64,000 bases of DNA. It comes from Vicugna vicugna (taxonomy: Eukaryota). This document shows, one piece after another, positions 52,110 to 64,000 of this stretch (positions are counted from its first letter, which is position 1; each line of letters begins with the position of its first letter). The position numbers were made by a program, and so were the translations under genes. The notes beneath the pieces are model-generated. The model saw only the letters and a program-made list of their open reading frames with translations, made no database searches and was not told the origin of the DNA. The stretch covers positions 790,054 to 854,053 of the forward strand of contig MU057632.1 of the NCBI GenBank assembly GCA_013265495.1, read 5' to 3'.

Positions 52110-52143
<34 letters not shown>
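52098..52143. repeat. (CA)n microsatellite with one interruption
   Basis: Directly visible, ~130 nt downstream (in transcript sense) of the 47-nt exon. Confidence 0.92.
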
Positions 52144-52145
<2 letters not shown>

Positions 52146-52272
52146 TGCATACTCACACACAAGAGTAGAAAGGAAAATCTGAAAACAGAACTTCTTTTGG
52201 TTTCCAGTGATTGCGATGAGTGTCAACTCATTCATGTCAAATAACTAAAGAAAACAGGCAGCTTATACTCAC

Positions 52273-52319
52273 TGGACTCCAGTGGGGGATGGGAGCTCTC
52301 AGGGATCCGTGGAATGTCA
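52273..52319 (-). CDS. RIMS1: RIMS1 exon (47 nt): (G)DIPRIPESSHPPLES
   Basis: tttag|T GAC ATT CCA CGG ATC...GAG TCC A|gtgagt. Confidence 0.95.
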
Positions 52320-55300
52320 CTAAAAGAAACAGGATATGGTGAAAATCCCGTTAGCTAAAGCACCCTGCCTGAGGCCATCCCAGCCACACTGTATTTCAGC
52401 AGTGTGAAAAGTCCTTTGGGGTCTTTACACGTGTGGAAATGGACAGGACTTACTATTCAGGCAATTACTAATGTGCATGGATGTCAAACACCACACAAAA
52501 AAAAAACTGCAATAAAAATAAGTTTTTATATATTTAATAGCAAAACACTTTAACATGACAACAATCAGAATAATATTGTGGCTGCAGTTACCACAATATT
52601 TTTACTACCAAAACAGCAGGTTTTGGAAATTAAAAAAATGTTAAAGGCAGTATCTTATTTCAATTTTGGAAAATCAAAATGACACATATTTTACAAATCA
52701 TTAATATGCTTTACAAACACATCTGAAAGAGTTTACTGAATGAAAGGGATGGAGACGTCTCTTGATAATAAAAATAATATGATGAGTATCGTGGGCAAAG
52801 ATAATAAAATGAAAAAGATGAATTGCTTCGGAAATTAAAAAAATGTTTCAAGCTTGCAACAAAAAAAGCCAAAAGATTTTATATATGTGAATATATAATT
52901 CATATACACATATATAGCCCTATATAGAGATTCACATCTCTATGCTGAAATTAGCTAAATATGTGATCATTTCCTGTGTGATTAGAAAGTGACTTCTTGT
53001 GAGAACACCGTTCCTGTCACACTCACAAATTACTCTGAATAAATACATAATATCACCTCGGCTTAATCTACTATCTACTGTGACCCTAAGAAATGACCAG
53101 CTTCGTTTGGGAACTATACTCTATAATTAAACTATTTAACCTCCATTTTCCAAGATATTTTAATGTCAGTTTAAGGAGATTAACAATGTCCAAGTATTAA
53201 CATGACATATCAAAGCAGACTGGAATTAGCTAGTGTCAAGAGAATTATTAGAATATCATTTAAGAATTTGTAACCTCTTACGTTGTGAACTAACTTCGCT
53301 TCGATTTTCTTTGCACTTTAAGGAGAGAGGGACATTAGAAACAAAAACAGTTTTCTGTTTGACTATTTTCCTGACTCTTCATTTTCACTTTTTGGGGCAA
53401 AGTAATCCTCATAACCACCTACAATTTATACTTCTTATAAATGATAATTCATCCTGTGTTGTGTACTTTATAAATACATTTAATTATAGATTTATGTATA
53501 ACTAGTAATTTGTATAAAATATATATTTTACGTGATAGTTTAAAGATGACTTTTAAACACCTAAAACACAAGAAATCAACCATTTATCTTCTGCTACTCT
53601 CTTCTACATTCATCAAGGCAAATAAAAGTCTATTTTTAAAATCTAGAAACTATAATGCTTCAGATGGTAAAACTTCTTTGAAAATCAGCCTCAAGGACAA
53701 TTATAAAAATCCAATTTGAAACTCTGAAACCAGGTACAAGCTTTGATTTTTATGCACCCCTGAAAGAAGGATCGTGGAGAAGTTGTAAAAAATTTTTTTA
53801 AAGTGATTTTGAATTAAAATGTATTTATCATTTATTGCTTCAATATTTTCAGGTATAAATTTCCACTTAACATTTACACAAACCTTCTTAATGAGTTCCA
53901 ATCACAAGTAAGGTGATAAAATAGTTCTAATAACAATTATAAGCATAAAGGTCAAGAATATCACATTTGATAGGTGGGCAAAAATGGTCAGTACGTCAAG
54001 AGGGTGAATGTCTTTTAGCTCATGTGATCATTGTGTACGTATGTTACATTTGGAATGACTCTTGGAATCACTACCCCACTGAACTATGAACAAACATCTG
54101 GTTTCTGCTTAAACTGATTATAGAACCACATTAAACATAATTATTAAATAAAAAATTATTCTTTCAAGATTCTAATAATTTCTCTATTAACTGGAAAGTG
54201 TATGCCAGATTTGATTTTTATTTAAATATAATCTTTGCAGTCCCATATTCCTTAGAATTCCATACTCCATGACAGTTTAGGGTTTGGCTATGTAGATAAT
54301 ACTTTTTAAATTATTTTCATACAGAAGTAGAAATAATGAAAATGTTATTCCAGTCCACTTTAATTGTCTGTTAGTCTTTTTAAGTTGCCATGAATCAATG
54401 GTATTTTAGCTAATTGCTTTAAAAACCACTACATATTTAAAAGTTTTGGCAGTGTGCACAACGCTTGGTTTTAAACTTGATTTTTTATACTTTTGATTCA
54501 TTTTCGAATTTACTTACCTCTTTTCCAGCCTCATATTTACTCAACACTAGAACATGTCATGTAAAACTAGCATAAATTACATAGTGTTGCTAGTTTTTAA
54601 AAAAATCTATATGGAAATGTGCAATACTTCTGCAAATGTCTCCAATGTTTACTCTTAATAATCACCACTTAAAATTGGTTATAAGCTTGCCTTTATTTTA
54701 GAGTTACATATATATATATTATTTTTTGGAATATATGATCACATAGTTTAAGTTCTTTGAGAATAAGGATAAATTATATTTTCTTGTATGTTTTGCATTG
54801 ACAAATATTCATAAGGACAACAAAAAATTTAAGGTTACTACTTTTCAACATAAAAAGTCTTGAATTAATGGCTCCATAATATCTTAGAGAATACTAAAAA
54901 AAAAAGGAATAATTTTCAAAAATACATTTGAACTAAGCCAACTATAATGAGACAGTTCATAATGCCTTCCAAAAACCTATAGACGGGCAAAATGAATGTT
55001 CTGGACTTTGTGGGTTAGTTAGGAAAATCTACCAATATGGGAACTCTATATTCAGATATAGAAAATATCTCATTGGTATAGATAATTTAATTATGCTGTA
55101 AATTAGAATTTAAAATATCATACCAATTATTATGACCAATTAAGATGTTAAACTATTTCACACTTTCTTGATTTTAAATAAAATTTGGAACTACCTACCC
55201 ATGGGTAAAGATATAGAAACAATATTCCATTCTTAGTAGGATAATAAAAAGTTCATGTAGACATATGAGATCATTACTATTTTAAGTATCACAAGAAGAT

Positions 55301-55652
55301 GAGTTTGTTATGGACTATTCCCTTTAAGGAAATACTACAATGATTTAGAATTACTAAAAATAAGTAGTTCTACCATTAAAAGAAAATATTTTTACTTTAT
55401 AGTTCACTTCTGAAAAATACATATCAATACTTTTTGATACTGCAATTGTTAAATTGTGGAGCTTCTAAGATGTAGTGAAGAAAATTCAGGATTCAAGTTT
55501 AAAAAAATTATAAGATTTAAAAATCTATGCCCATATTTGAAGAAAAATCTATCCATATTAACATGTACTGTATGAATGTATAAACTTCTTTTTAAAACTC
55601 TGCTAATACATGTAATTTACTAAACTTAAGAAGTAAGTTTTTTTAGCCTTAC

Positions 55653-55776
55653 CCAATAGGCCTTGAAACAATAATTTCAACTTGAGGTTCTGATTTTGAT
55701 TCTAAAATAATGTTGTAAACTTCTTCATTTGTAGCTCCCGGCAGGGGTTTACCATTCCATTCTAGAACTTCATCCC
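55653..55776 (-). CDS. RIMS1: RIMS1 exon (124 nt), end of PDZ: (G)DEVLEWNGKPLPGATNEEVYNIILESKSEPQVEIIVSRPI
   Basis: tcaag|GG GAT GAA GTT CTA GAA TGG...CCT ATT GG|gtaagg. Confidence 0.97.
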
Positions 55777-58700
55777 CTTGAATTTAAAAAAAAGGGTATT
55801 TTTTTACCTTATATATTCTGTTTATTTTTCTTATCGTTTCTTTTTTAACAAAGAAATGCAAAACATATACAAATAGTTTTAACTGTCTAAGCTCTGCTCT
55901 CAAAAGCAAATTGATTGCCAGATGTCAGCCAAATGGTTCTTCTAAACACTTTATTCTTTTATTCTTTTCTTTCTTTTCTTTTTCTTTTTCTTTCCCCCAT
56001 AGAATATTACTGGTCACTGGAAATAGTACAATACAAAACTACTTTTATCTTTTGATAAATATCAGAAATAATATAAAAATCATCTCATGCTATGGGATGG
56101 AACTAGCACAGCCTATTTGGAAACATTAAAAAATAATAATTAGCAGCATGCCTTTCATATAATAAATGTAGGTGGCGCTACATGTGAAAGATTATTAAAT
56201 GCTGCATAAATCCTGCTGCTTTACTTTTGGTAGAAATCACAATTACCATTTGTTAGCATGAGTTTTCCAATTATAAGTCATGCTTCATTGCCTTTACCGA
56301 TGTACAACAGAATAAAAATGCATGAAAGGGTTTGAATCCGTACCCAGAGGGGAACGCAGGTAGCCGTGGCAAAGTCACAAAGCAAGCAGATGTAAAACTT
56401 GCATGACAGTTAGCCCACTTCCAGATGTTCGTAACACACTCATTCTACACGTAGTATATATTGTGAGCATTAAAGCAAAATTAGAAAATACTTGCAAAAT
56501 AATTAAAAATACAGTACTTCTTAGTTTTTAAAATAATGTCAGATTAATCAAGGAGTGTAATACAATGTTAAAACATACAGGTTCACAATTTGTTATTTTA
56601 ACAAGCGTTCTCACCAAAGATTGTTTGGAGAAAACAATTTATTTTCATAAATATTTAGAGCAATATTAAGTTTCAAGCATCTCTGCCCAGTACCTTCAAT
56701 TGACAACAGCAGGTTCAGCTGAAATGTCCCAGCTTCAGTGATCTTTTGAGGTGTCTTAATTTTTTTTTGATATTTCAGCTTATTGCATTGTTCTCAGTGC
56801 CTCTAACAGTTTAGCAGCCGAGTAAACATATGTTGAATTAATGGATCATATCACCGTTATACATTTTAGAGATAACTGTAAATGTGAACTTTTTAGTTTT
56901 TAGCAACGCCTTTATAACAAAACAGGAGAAAATTTTTGTTTTTCTGGAATTATTTTTAAATCAGTCTTTGCCCCACCCCCAAATCTTTGCTTACTCAAAA
57001 GAAAAAAAAAAGAATAAATATCTGAAAAGCAAATAATGCTGCTTTGGTTTGGCAAGAGTATGGTTATTAGCAAGAGATAAATGACTTCTGATGGTTTGAC
57101 CTAAGATGTTACCTAGCAGTTTTTCAAATAGACAATGAATACATTTCACTATTAAAAAAAAAGAAATAAAATAATATAAAGTTAAACTATATTAGAGGAG
57201 TCTTTTACATTTTTTGATAAGAGAAATAAAATTCATATCATGTGAATGTACACATAAGTGTGTGTGTACATGCTCTGCATATGAGACAATATTTTCTAAG
57301 ACAATACTTACACATATTTTCTATTCTATTACATTCTATTTCACTTTTTTAAAATGATGAATGCAAACCATTAAATAGACTTTACTACCCAGTAATGAGT
57401 GGCAGAGTGGTAATCAACATTTTGCCAAAAACACTGCATTATAAAATTCTTCTTTTTATAGATGGCAACCTAAAGGCATCACTTTTAACATCAAATTACC
57501 TTAATATATGGATTTATTTATTTAGAAATCAGTAACTCCTAAACTAGGTGGTCTCTTTAACACTATTGCTTTATATTCGAATAGTCTTTTCAAGTGGATG
57601 TAGCTTATGTTGATATCAAAATGAAAAAGAGGCTTTCTCCTGTCCTTAGATTTGGTGGAAGAGAAATACAGAAAGAGACATCTTTCATAAAGTGTTGTAC
57701 ACAATGATGGGAGCTCCTCTGGGGAACAGAAGGAGAGCCAGGCAGTGCCAGGGAGGTGGTCGTTAGTGGCTGCCCAGGTGAGAGATCAGGAAACACTTTA
57801 GAACTGAAGTAACTCTAGACGGGTTTGGAGAGATGGGAAGGACTCCAACAGGCAAAGCACGGGAGCAGGAAGGAAAGCAACCAAGTAGACAAGAGGCACT
57901 GACCAGGTCTGGGAGGTGGACACAGCTTGCCGGGACCTACAGGCAGACCGCCAGGGCTGCAGGCCAAGTAAATGGGAAGGAAGTGGCCAGAACTGTCAGA
58001 AGGGGACAAGCTACAGGGCTCAGACTCGAGTAGTGGGTGACTGAGAGACACCAAAGGGTCTTAATAAGGAGAGTGTCCTTGTCAATACTGTGCTTTTGCT
58101 GATGAAACTAAGCGGTGAGTGGTGCAGAGCATGGCCTTAAGGGAACAGCAGTAGAAAAAGCTGTGGCCAGATTAAAGCGAGACTGCAAAGGCTGAACAAA
58201 GGTCATGCTGATAAAAACAAAATAAACTGTAGTATTACAGGCCAGCAATGTTTATATGCAACAGAAGGGGAAAAAAATAGTTCCTAAATAATCATGTAAA
58301 TCAAACAGGATATATTACCTAATTTTAAAAAATATCTTTTTTCAAATACGTCAATTGCTTCAAGTGAAAAGTACACTTAGATGTTTTATATTTATTTAAC
58401 ACTTTAGGTTTGTTTCTTAGGCTCCAGGCACATAAGGGTGTTAAATAAATGAAATTAATCACTAAGGAATACATAATATAGAAAAAGCCCTTTGCTAACT
58501 TCCTTACATAATTTTCTATGAAAACACAAAGACAAAAGTCAAATGCCATTGTGTTTATAATCTGATCTGCAAATTCTTATTTCTGTGGTTAAAGCTCTCT
58601 TACATTAGAGTCACAAAGGATTCGTGTGCTTTTCAAGACCTATTTTCCAGTTATTAAACAAGCAGAGACTCAATGTCTGGGCAAAGTCACTCCTGACTGA

Positions 58701-59779
58701 GTTACTTCTTTATAGAACCCTAACAAGCCCCTGATAAGAAACAGCAGTGTGCTATACTTCCACACATCTTCAAAGCTGATGGATCCGTAGATGGAGAAAA
58801 AGCCCTGGCTTGGCTTTTCTCTCTCTACACCACCTGCAGAGAAAGTCCTCAATGATTTTGAACTGATATCCTGGTCACCAGTTACAACAAAAACGTCCTC
58901 AAGAGTCCTAGAATATCTTTCTAAAGGGCTCAGTCATGATTACCTTAAGGTATAAAAACTGAAAGCATTGTCTAAAAATGTTTTCTTTCCATGTGCTCTG
59001 GGTTATTAATCCTCAATTTTACACTTCAGCCTACTCTGTTTCCTTTATAATTGTCTGACACGCTAACCAAAAGATGTCTAGTAGACTCTGGGGTAAACTG
59101 GAAAAAATATGTTAATATGATTTTTACTAAAGTGAAAATTCAATAACTTAAGAAAAATAGATTTTGAAGTACGTTGCCACTAAGCAAGGTACATTTAAAT
59201 ATATTAAATGAGTTTATTGCTTCATGTTAAGGTCACAGAGCGACATACTGTAAATTTCCAAGTATCAAGAAGTTGCACACCCATATGAGTATAATGTATG
59301 TCACATCATTTAAATTAACAAATATTTTATTACACAATCTGTGTAAGAATGTCATTATATTTTATTAAAAACATTGGTACTGAATAAGTCTTTTGGGACC
59401 ACTATGAAAAACTTTAATAGTTACGATAATTTCCAATTTAAAGAACAAAACAGTGATATTATTTTCTTAGGCTAAACTGTTTTGGAGTTTTGAAGCACCA
59501 TGATGAAGCCATCTACAAAAATTAGGAATCCCTTAGCATTTTACATCTCTTTATTTTTATATAAATATAAAAAAGATTCCTACTCACTGTCTCCAAACTG
59601 TTACCAATGTAGTGTTACCTGTTATTACAGTCACTAAGTATTAGGAAAAACATAATCTTTATGCATGCATTAAAATTAGTTATTCACTTAACTGACTTAT
59701 ATAGAACTTACCCCTAATGGAAAACCACCAACTAATGCACAGAGTACACATTATTCAAATGTTAAAAAAGAAACTTTAC

Positions 59780-59879
59780 CTGCTCTGAGGTGTCCAACTA
59801 CATCTGCAAGGCTACCCTTCTTTACTTTGGTGATGAAGGCACCAAGGCGTCCTAAGTCAGTCATCTTTCCTCCAACCAC
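59780..59879 (-). CDS. RIMS1: RIMS1 exon (100 nt), PDZ: VVGGKMTDLGRLGAFITKVKKGSLADVVGHLRA
   Basis: tccag|GTG GTT GGA GGA AAG ATG...AGA GCA G|gtaaag; phases consistent with neighbours. Confidence 0.97.
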
Positions 59880-60350
59880 CTGGATAATGATAGACTCGTA
59901 AGTGCCCAAGACTCACACTGAAACAGAAGGTCACTCGTTGGAGGTATTAATCCTACAGCCTTTAGGTGTGTTTAGAACTGAGTGTAGGAAAAAAATGAAG
60001 TGAAATGCATTGTTGATGGAGGGAGCCTGCAGTACAGGTGTGAAAAGAAACTACATCTCATTACAGGGGAGATGACCTTGAGTTCTAGGGATGTTCACGT
60101 ACCAGCCCCTCACATGGACCTCACAACGGAGGGTCCATGGACAACATACACCCTTAGACACAAGGACTGGGTCTCCCCCATCACACAGCAAGTGTCTGAC
60201 ACTTGACTAACTCGGGTTCATTGTCTCCATCCTCTAAATTAACACCTACTATTTGAATTTCTATATTCAGATAATGCCCCATTGTGACATGAGACCTGGA
60301 CCACTCTTGTATACTTTTAAGAGAATGTAGGTCTAAGACAAGAATGGGGA

Positions 60351-60665
60351 TTTTTTAAAAAAATTATTAATTTATTTTAATTGAAGTATAGTCAGTTTAC
60401 AATAATTGTGTTAACTTCTGGTGTACAGCGTAGTGATTCAGTTACATATATATATTCTTTTTCATATTCTTTTTCATTATAGGCTATTACAAGGTATTGA
60501 ATATAGTTCCCTGTGCTCTACAGTAGGACCTTGTTGTTTACCTCTTTTATATATAGTAGATAATATCTGCAAATCCCAAACTCTCAGTTTATCCCTCCAC
60601 CCCTCCCTTCCCCTTTGGCAACCATAAGTTTGTTTTCTATGTCTGTGAGTCTGTTTTTGTTCTGT
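60351..60665 (-). mobile_element. L1 3' UTR fragment (cetartiodactyl type)
   Basis: ttgaagtatagtcagtttacaat...gttccctgtgct...cccctttggcaaccataagtttgttttctatgtctgtgagtctg, a typical antisense L1 3' end. Confidence 0.82.
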
Positions 60666-61704
60666 AAGACTGGAGATCTGAACCAAGAACAGGCCGATTG
60701 GGGAAGCAATTTACCAGGGTACATAGTAATAGCCTAAGTTCATCTCAGCTACCGACCGTCTGAATGCCCTCCCTCATCTGAAATAACATGTGATCTAATC
60801 TAACCCTCCAAGCCTGAGTTCTACTGCTGCGTAATGAACACTCCCACCTGACTTGTCCTCCATGCGTAAAACTGAAATACACCTGAAAGTTTCTGAGTGT
60901 AATTTCTCCCAATGCGGGGGGGGGGTAAATGTGTATAATTAAAATGACACGGATATTATCAAAAGTTGAGGTTGATCCATGTTCTTAGGGTCACACACAA
61001 GAGCGGAGGTGATCAGAGCTGTTTCATTGGAAGAGAAATCAATGGTACTAATCAATAGGGTGATATTAACCGAGTATTTTTTTGAAGTTAGATTAATAGT
61101 CAATGGTTTTGAAGAGCTCAAACCATCACACGACTGTAATACAATCTCTTGGTAAATGATAATTTTAAAGCAACCTCTTTAAACATTTCTCTAAGTTTAT
61201 GAAAGCAAATAAAATCATGGGTTTTAACACACATACACAGGCACACACATAATAAAACAAAATGTATGTATATTTTTTCTTACCCAAATCATTATCTTTG
61301 TAGTTTATTAGTTTTTTAAATTGTATCTGTTAGAACTCAGTTAGTATTTTAAAAGATACATTTTACTCTTTTGATATTACCATAAATTCCACTGCCCTTA
61401 GGAAACAATCTCTTTAATAATGTTTTATGTTGCTTGTCAAGATATAATAAAATTATGAGGTCCATATTATCTAACTTTACTGCCTTCCATTAAAACTATT
61501 TTAATGTAAAAATTGTCCTTGAACTTTATATTCAAATTCTTTAGTTTTTTTTAATATTTTATTGCAGTTGTCATATACATCTGTGTGCCATTTTAACAAA
61601 ATGATTTAAAAATATTACCCAGATTAAAATACTAATTATACCATAAGACATTAACATAAGATATATTCACTAGAAGAGGAGAAAAGGAGGTTTAAAAATC
61701 ATTG

Positions 61705-61942
61705 TCAGTTTTGTAAATAAGTTCATTTGTGTCTTTTTTTTTAAGATTCTACATCTAAGCAATATCATATAGTATTTTTCTTTCCCTTTCTGGTTTATTT
61801 CACTTAGGATGACAATCTCCAGAAGAAAGAATATAAAAACTAATAAATGTATGTATATGTATGACTGAAACATTATGCTGTACACCAGAAATTGACGCAA
61901 CATTGTAAACTGACCATACTTCAATAAAAAAGAATGCAAAAA
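61705..61942 (+). mobile_element. 5'-truncated L1 with a 5' inversion
   Basis: 61705-61822 is antisense L1 3' sequence; 61823-61942 is the sense L1 3' end with AATAAA and A tail; TSD aaaaatcattg at 61694 and 61943. Confidence 0.78.
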
Positions 61943-62027
61943 AAAAATCATTGCGAGAAACTTTGTTGAATGCAGTCCATGCTATATAATTCACCCTTCA
62001 AGAAGCATTAGAAGCCAGCATACTTAC

Positions 62028-62138
62028 TTTCAGACCTAGCAATGCACCTGATTCCTTGGGCATGGTCGTTCTCTTGTTAAGAATAACACGTCCAATTAAA
62101 CGGTCGCCCTCTTTAGATGGCTGCCAGGTTACAGGATG
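62028..62138 (-). CDS. RIMS1: RIMS1 exon (111 nt), start of PDZ: HPVTWQPSKEGDRLIGRVILNKRTTMPKESGALLGLK
   Basis: taaag|CAT CCT GTA ACC TGG...CTG AAA|gtaagt; diagnostic RIM1 PDZ sequence (RIM2 differs here). Confidence 0.97.
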
Positions 62139-62732
62139 CTTTAAAACATAAATGAAGATAGAAAGATAAGCTGTTTTTTCTTCCTACAGAGACAGAATTA
62201 TTGGTTGCAGCATGATGTGGTTTCCTCAGGTAAAAGGCACTCTAGAGGGAATTCTTTATTCTGGGGGCTCTATCCTTGGCTTAGAACAATTTTCATTTAC
62301 AGCTGTATTTCATTTGCAATAGGCACTTACTACACTAAATAGTTCTAAAAGTAGTCAGCAACTAAATGCATCTCTGAAATACGGTTCCAAAGTGAAATTA
62401 ATTGAAAATTTAAAATATATCAGCTTACATATAAATAGGACCAATTCTGCATGTTGAGTTATTATTAATGTTGGTGTCACTAACCAAATACTATCTCATT
62501 TACACAGAGTCGTTATTTAATACTTGTTTTTACTTATTTTAAAATTTGTCATAAATATTCAGTGATAACTGTTTTTCTTCCCAACTATACTGTCTTAAAT
62601 GAATCAGTATTTTCTCTCACAGAATACACAATGGAGCAGAATAAGATTACTATTGACCACTTATCAGACACAGGATGGCAAAGGGCACACACGTTCCCTG
62701 GGCTCCCAAATCCTCCTTCCCTGGATGCTTAC

Positions 62733-62800
62733 CGAACTAATAGGTGATGTTTCCCGGCTATGCCACGTGGCAGGATCCAACCAGTAATAATCCAAGTCAC
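62733..62800 (-). CDS. RIMS1: RIMS1 exon (68 nt; ~human exon 7), (G)DLDYYWLDPATWHSRETSPISS
   Basis: Reverse complement reads tgcag|GT GAC TTG GAT TAT TAC TGG...AGT TCG|gtaagc; peptide matches the RIM1 linker before the PDZ domain and joins the next exon in frame. Confidence 0.95.
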
Positions 62801-64000
62801 CTGCACAAGAGGAAAAGAATGAAAAGGGTAACGGCTTTCCAGGGGCGGATGTGTCACTTTAAGAGCGACCTCTTCAGTCTACAAAGTAAAGGGTTACACA
62901 TGTCATCATCTTGCGTGTGTACATCTCAGAACGACAGACACCTACCCTGCATCCCCGGAATGAATGTGTGTTACAAACGCACTTCATGCAACGGGTGGGT
63001 TATCTCTCACTCTCAGTTGAGGCATGTGGAAAAGTATGGGAAGAACTAGGTAGACCCACCCACCTCCCCTCGAAGCTCTGTCCGGGCCAACGTCCAGCCT
63101 GCCGTCCAGCGATACTGGCTAAGACTATCCTTGAGCCAAGTGTGAAAATTTAGTGTCTCCCCTACGACTCTTCCCAACCACATCATATCTTCAAAATTAC
63201 CCCTTGCTCTCGACATTCTTCCCTCATTAGCTGAACAACCAGACACCCATTTTTAGGATACGGTGTTGAAAATTAAATTTCAAGAATAACTTTGAGCAAG
63301 AGACCACCTCCAAATGACGGAGTGTTCAATGCCACTAAAGTCCCAAAAAAGACTTTTTAAAAAATCCTAACTTTGTCAGCATGAATTTAGGAACTTTCCA
63401 TTTTGATTTTTTTTTTTGGCTTAAAAATACAATGCTAAAGAAAGTCTAAAATAAAAGAAAAAATAGAGCGTAAAAGCAGCATCGCGGATAGTATAGGAGG
63501 AGAGGTCAAAGTGGGTAACCACGTGAGAGCAAGTGACCTTTTACATTTTCAACATCAGATTAAGTCAGTGAATTTTTTTTTTTCTCCCCAGGGATCCTGA
63601 GAGAGGAAAAAAAATTAGGTGAGTGAATAAAGCATGTTAGATGTTTCACTGTTGGAAAAATATGTTTGGCTGATGTCTGTGAAGGTCGTAAGTGAAGAAT
63701 TTTATGTGGATGATCAAAATGGCAATTGCAGGCACTGTGCAAGAAATACAATAGAAAATGACAAATGTGTAAAATCTGCAGACACAAAAAAATCCATATG
63801 CTTCAACTTCTTTGTAGCTGATTCTGTTTTCCTTCTGCATAATATCTTACACAAGTTGAAGGAGAATGCTCTCTCTATATATATATGATAAGAAACACTA
63901 ACATTTTCTTCAACTATGTCATGTAGATAACAACGGTATATACTGTGAAGGGGTGAATTTTAGAAAATTTATTAGCAGAAACTATATGCTGTAAACATTT

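Noticed and set aside
57270..57440. Possible hAT-Charlie fragment
   Set aside because: Only a weak resemblance to a recalled terminal motif; cannot be assigned without a search.
1..64000. CRISPR arrays, operons or other prokaryote-type systems; a new multi-gene system
   Set aside because: The window is explained by an intron-rich mammalian gene plus common repeats; there are no repeat-spacer arrays or long intronless ORFs.

Overview
Mammalian genomic DNA, most likely from a camelid given about a dozen tRNA-Ala-derived Vic-1-type SINE units. The whole window lies inside RIMS1 (RIM1, the presynaptic active-zone scaffold), transcribed on the minus strand. I reconstructed 21 coding exons by hand (2199 nt, open frame, all GT-AG). 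They run from the linker before the PDZ domain (62800) through PDZ, C2A, the alternatively spliced splice-site-B region and the RQLPQVP RIM-BP motif to a 30-nt microexon (4151). From memory these match human exons ~7-26 plus the optional EQEKYNSSTK exon; the gene's ends lie outside the window. Introns carry SINEs, L1 3' fragments (one with a twin-priming inversion), MIR, L2, an MER21-like LTR, hAT MITEs and microsatellites. None of the supplied ORFs is an independent gene. I find no convincing new multi-gene system. The best leads concern isoforms and splicing: eight phase-2 symmetric cassettes, a fast-evolving cassette, an in-frame hydrophobic exon extension, a possible internal promoter, Nova/Rbfox/SRRM4-type motifs and inverted SINE pairs. 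Human comparisons and repeat family names are from memory, not from searches.
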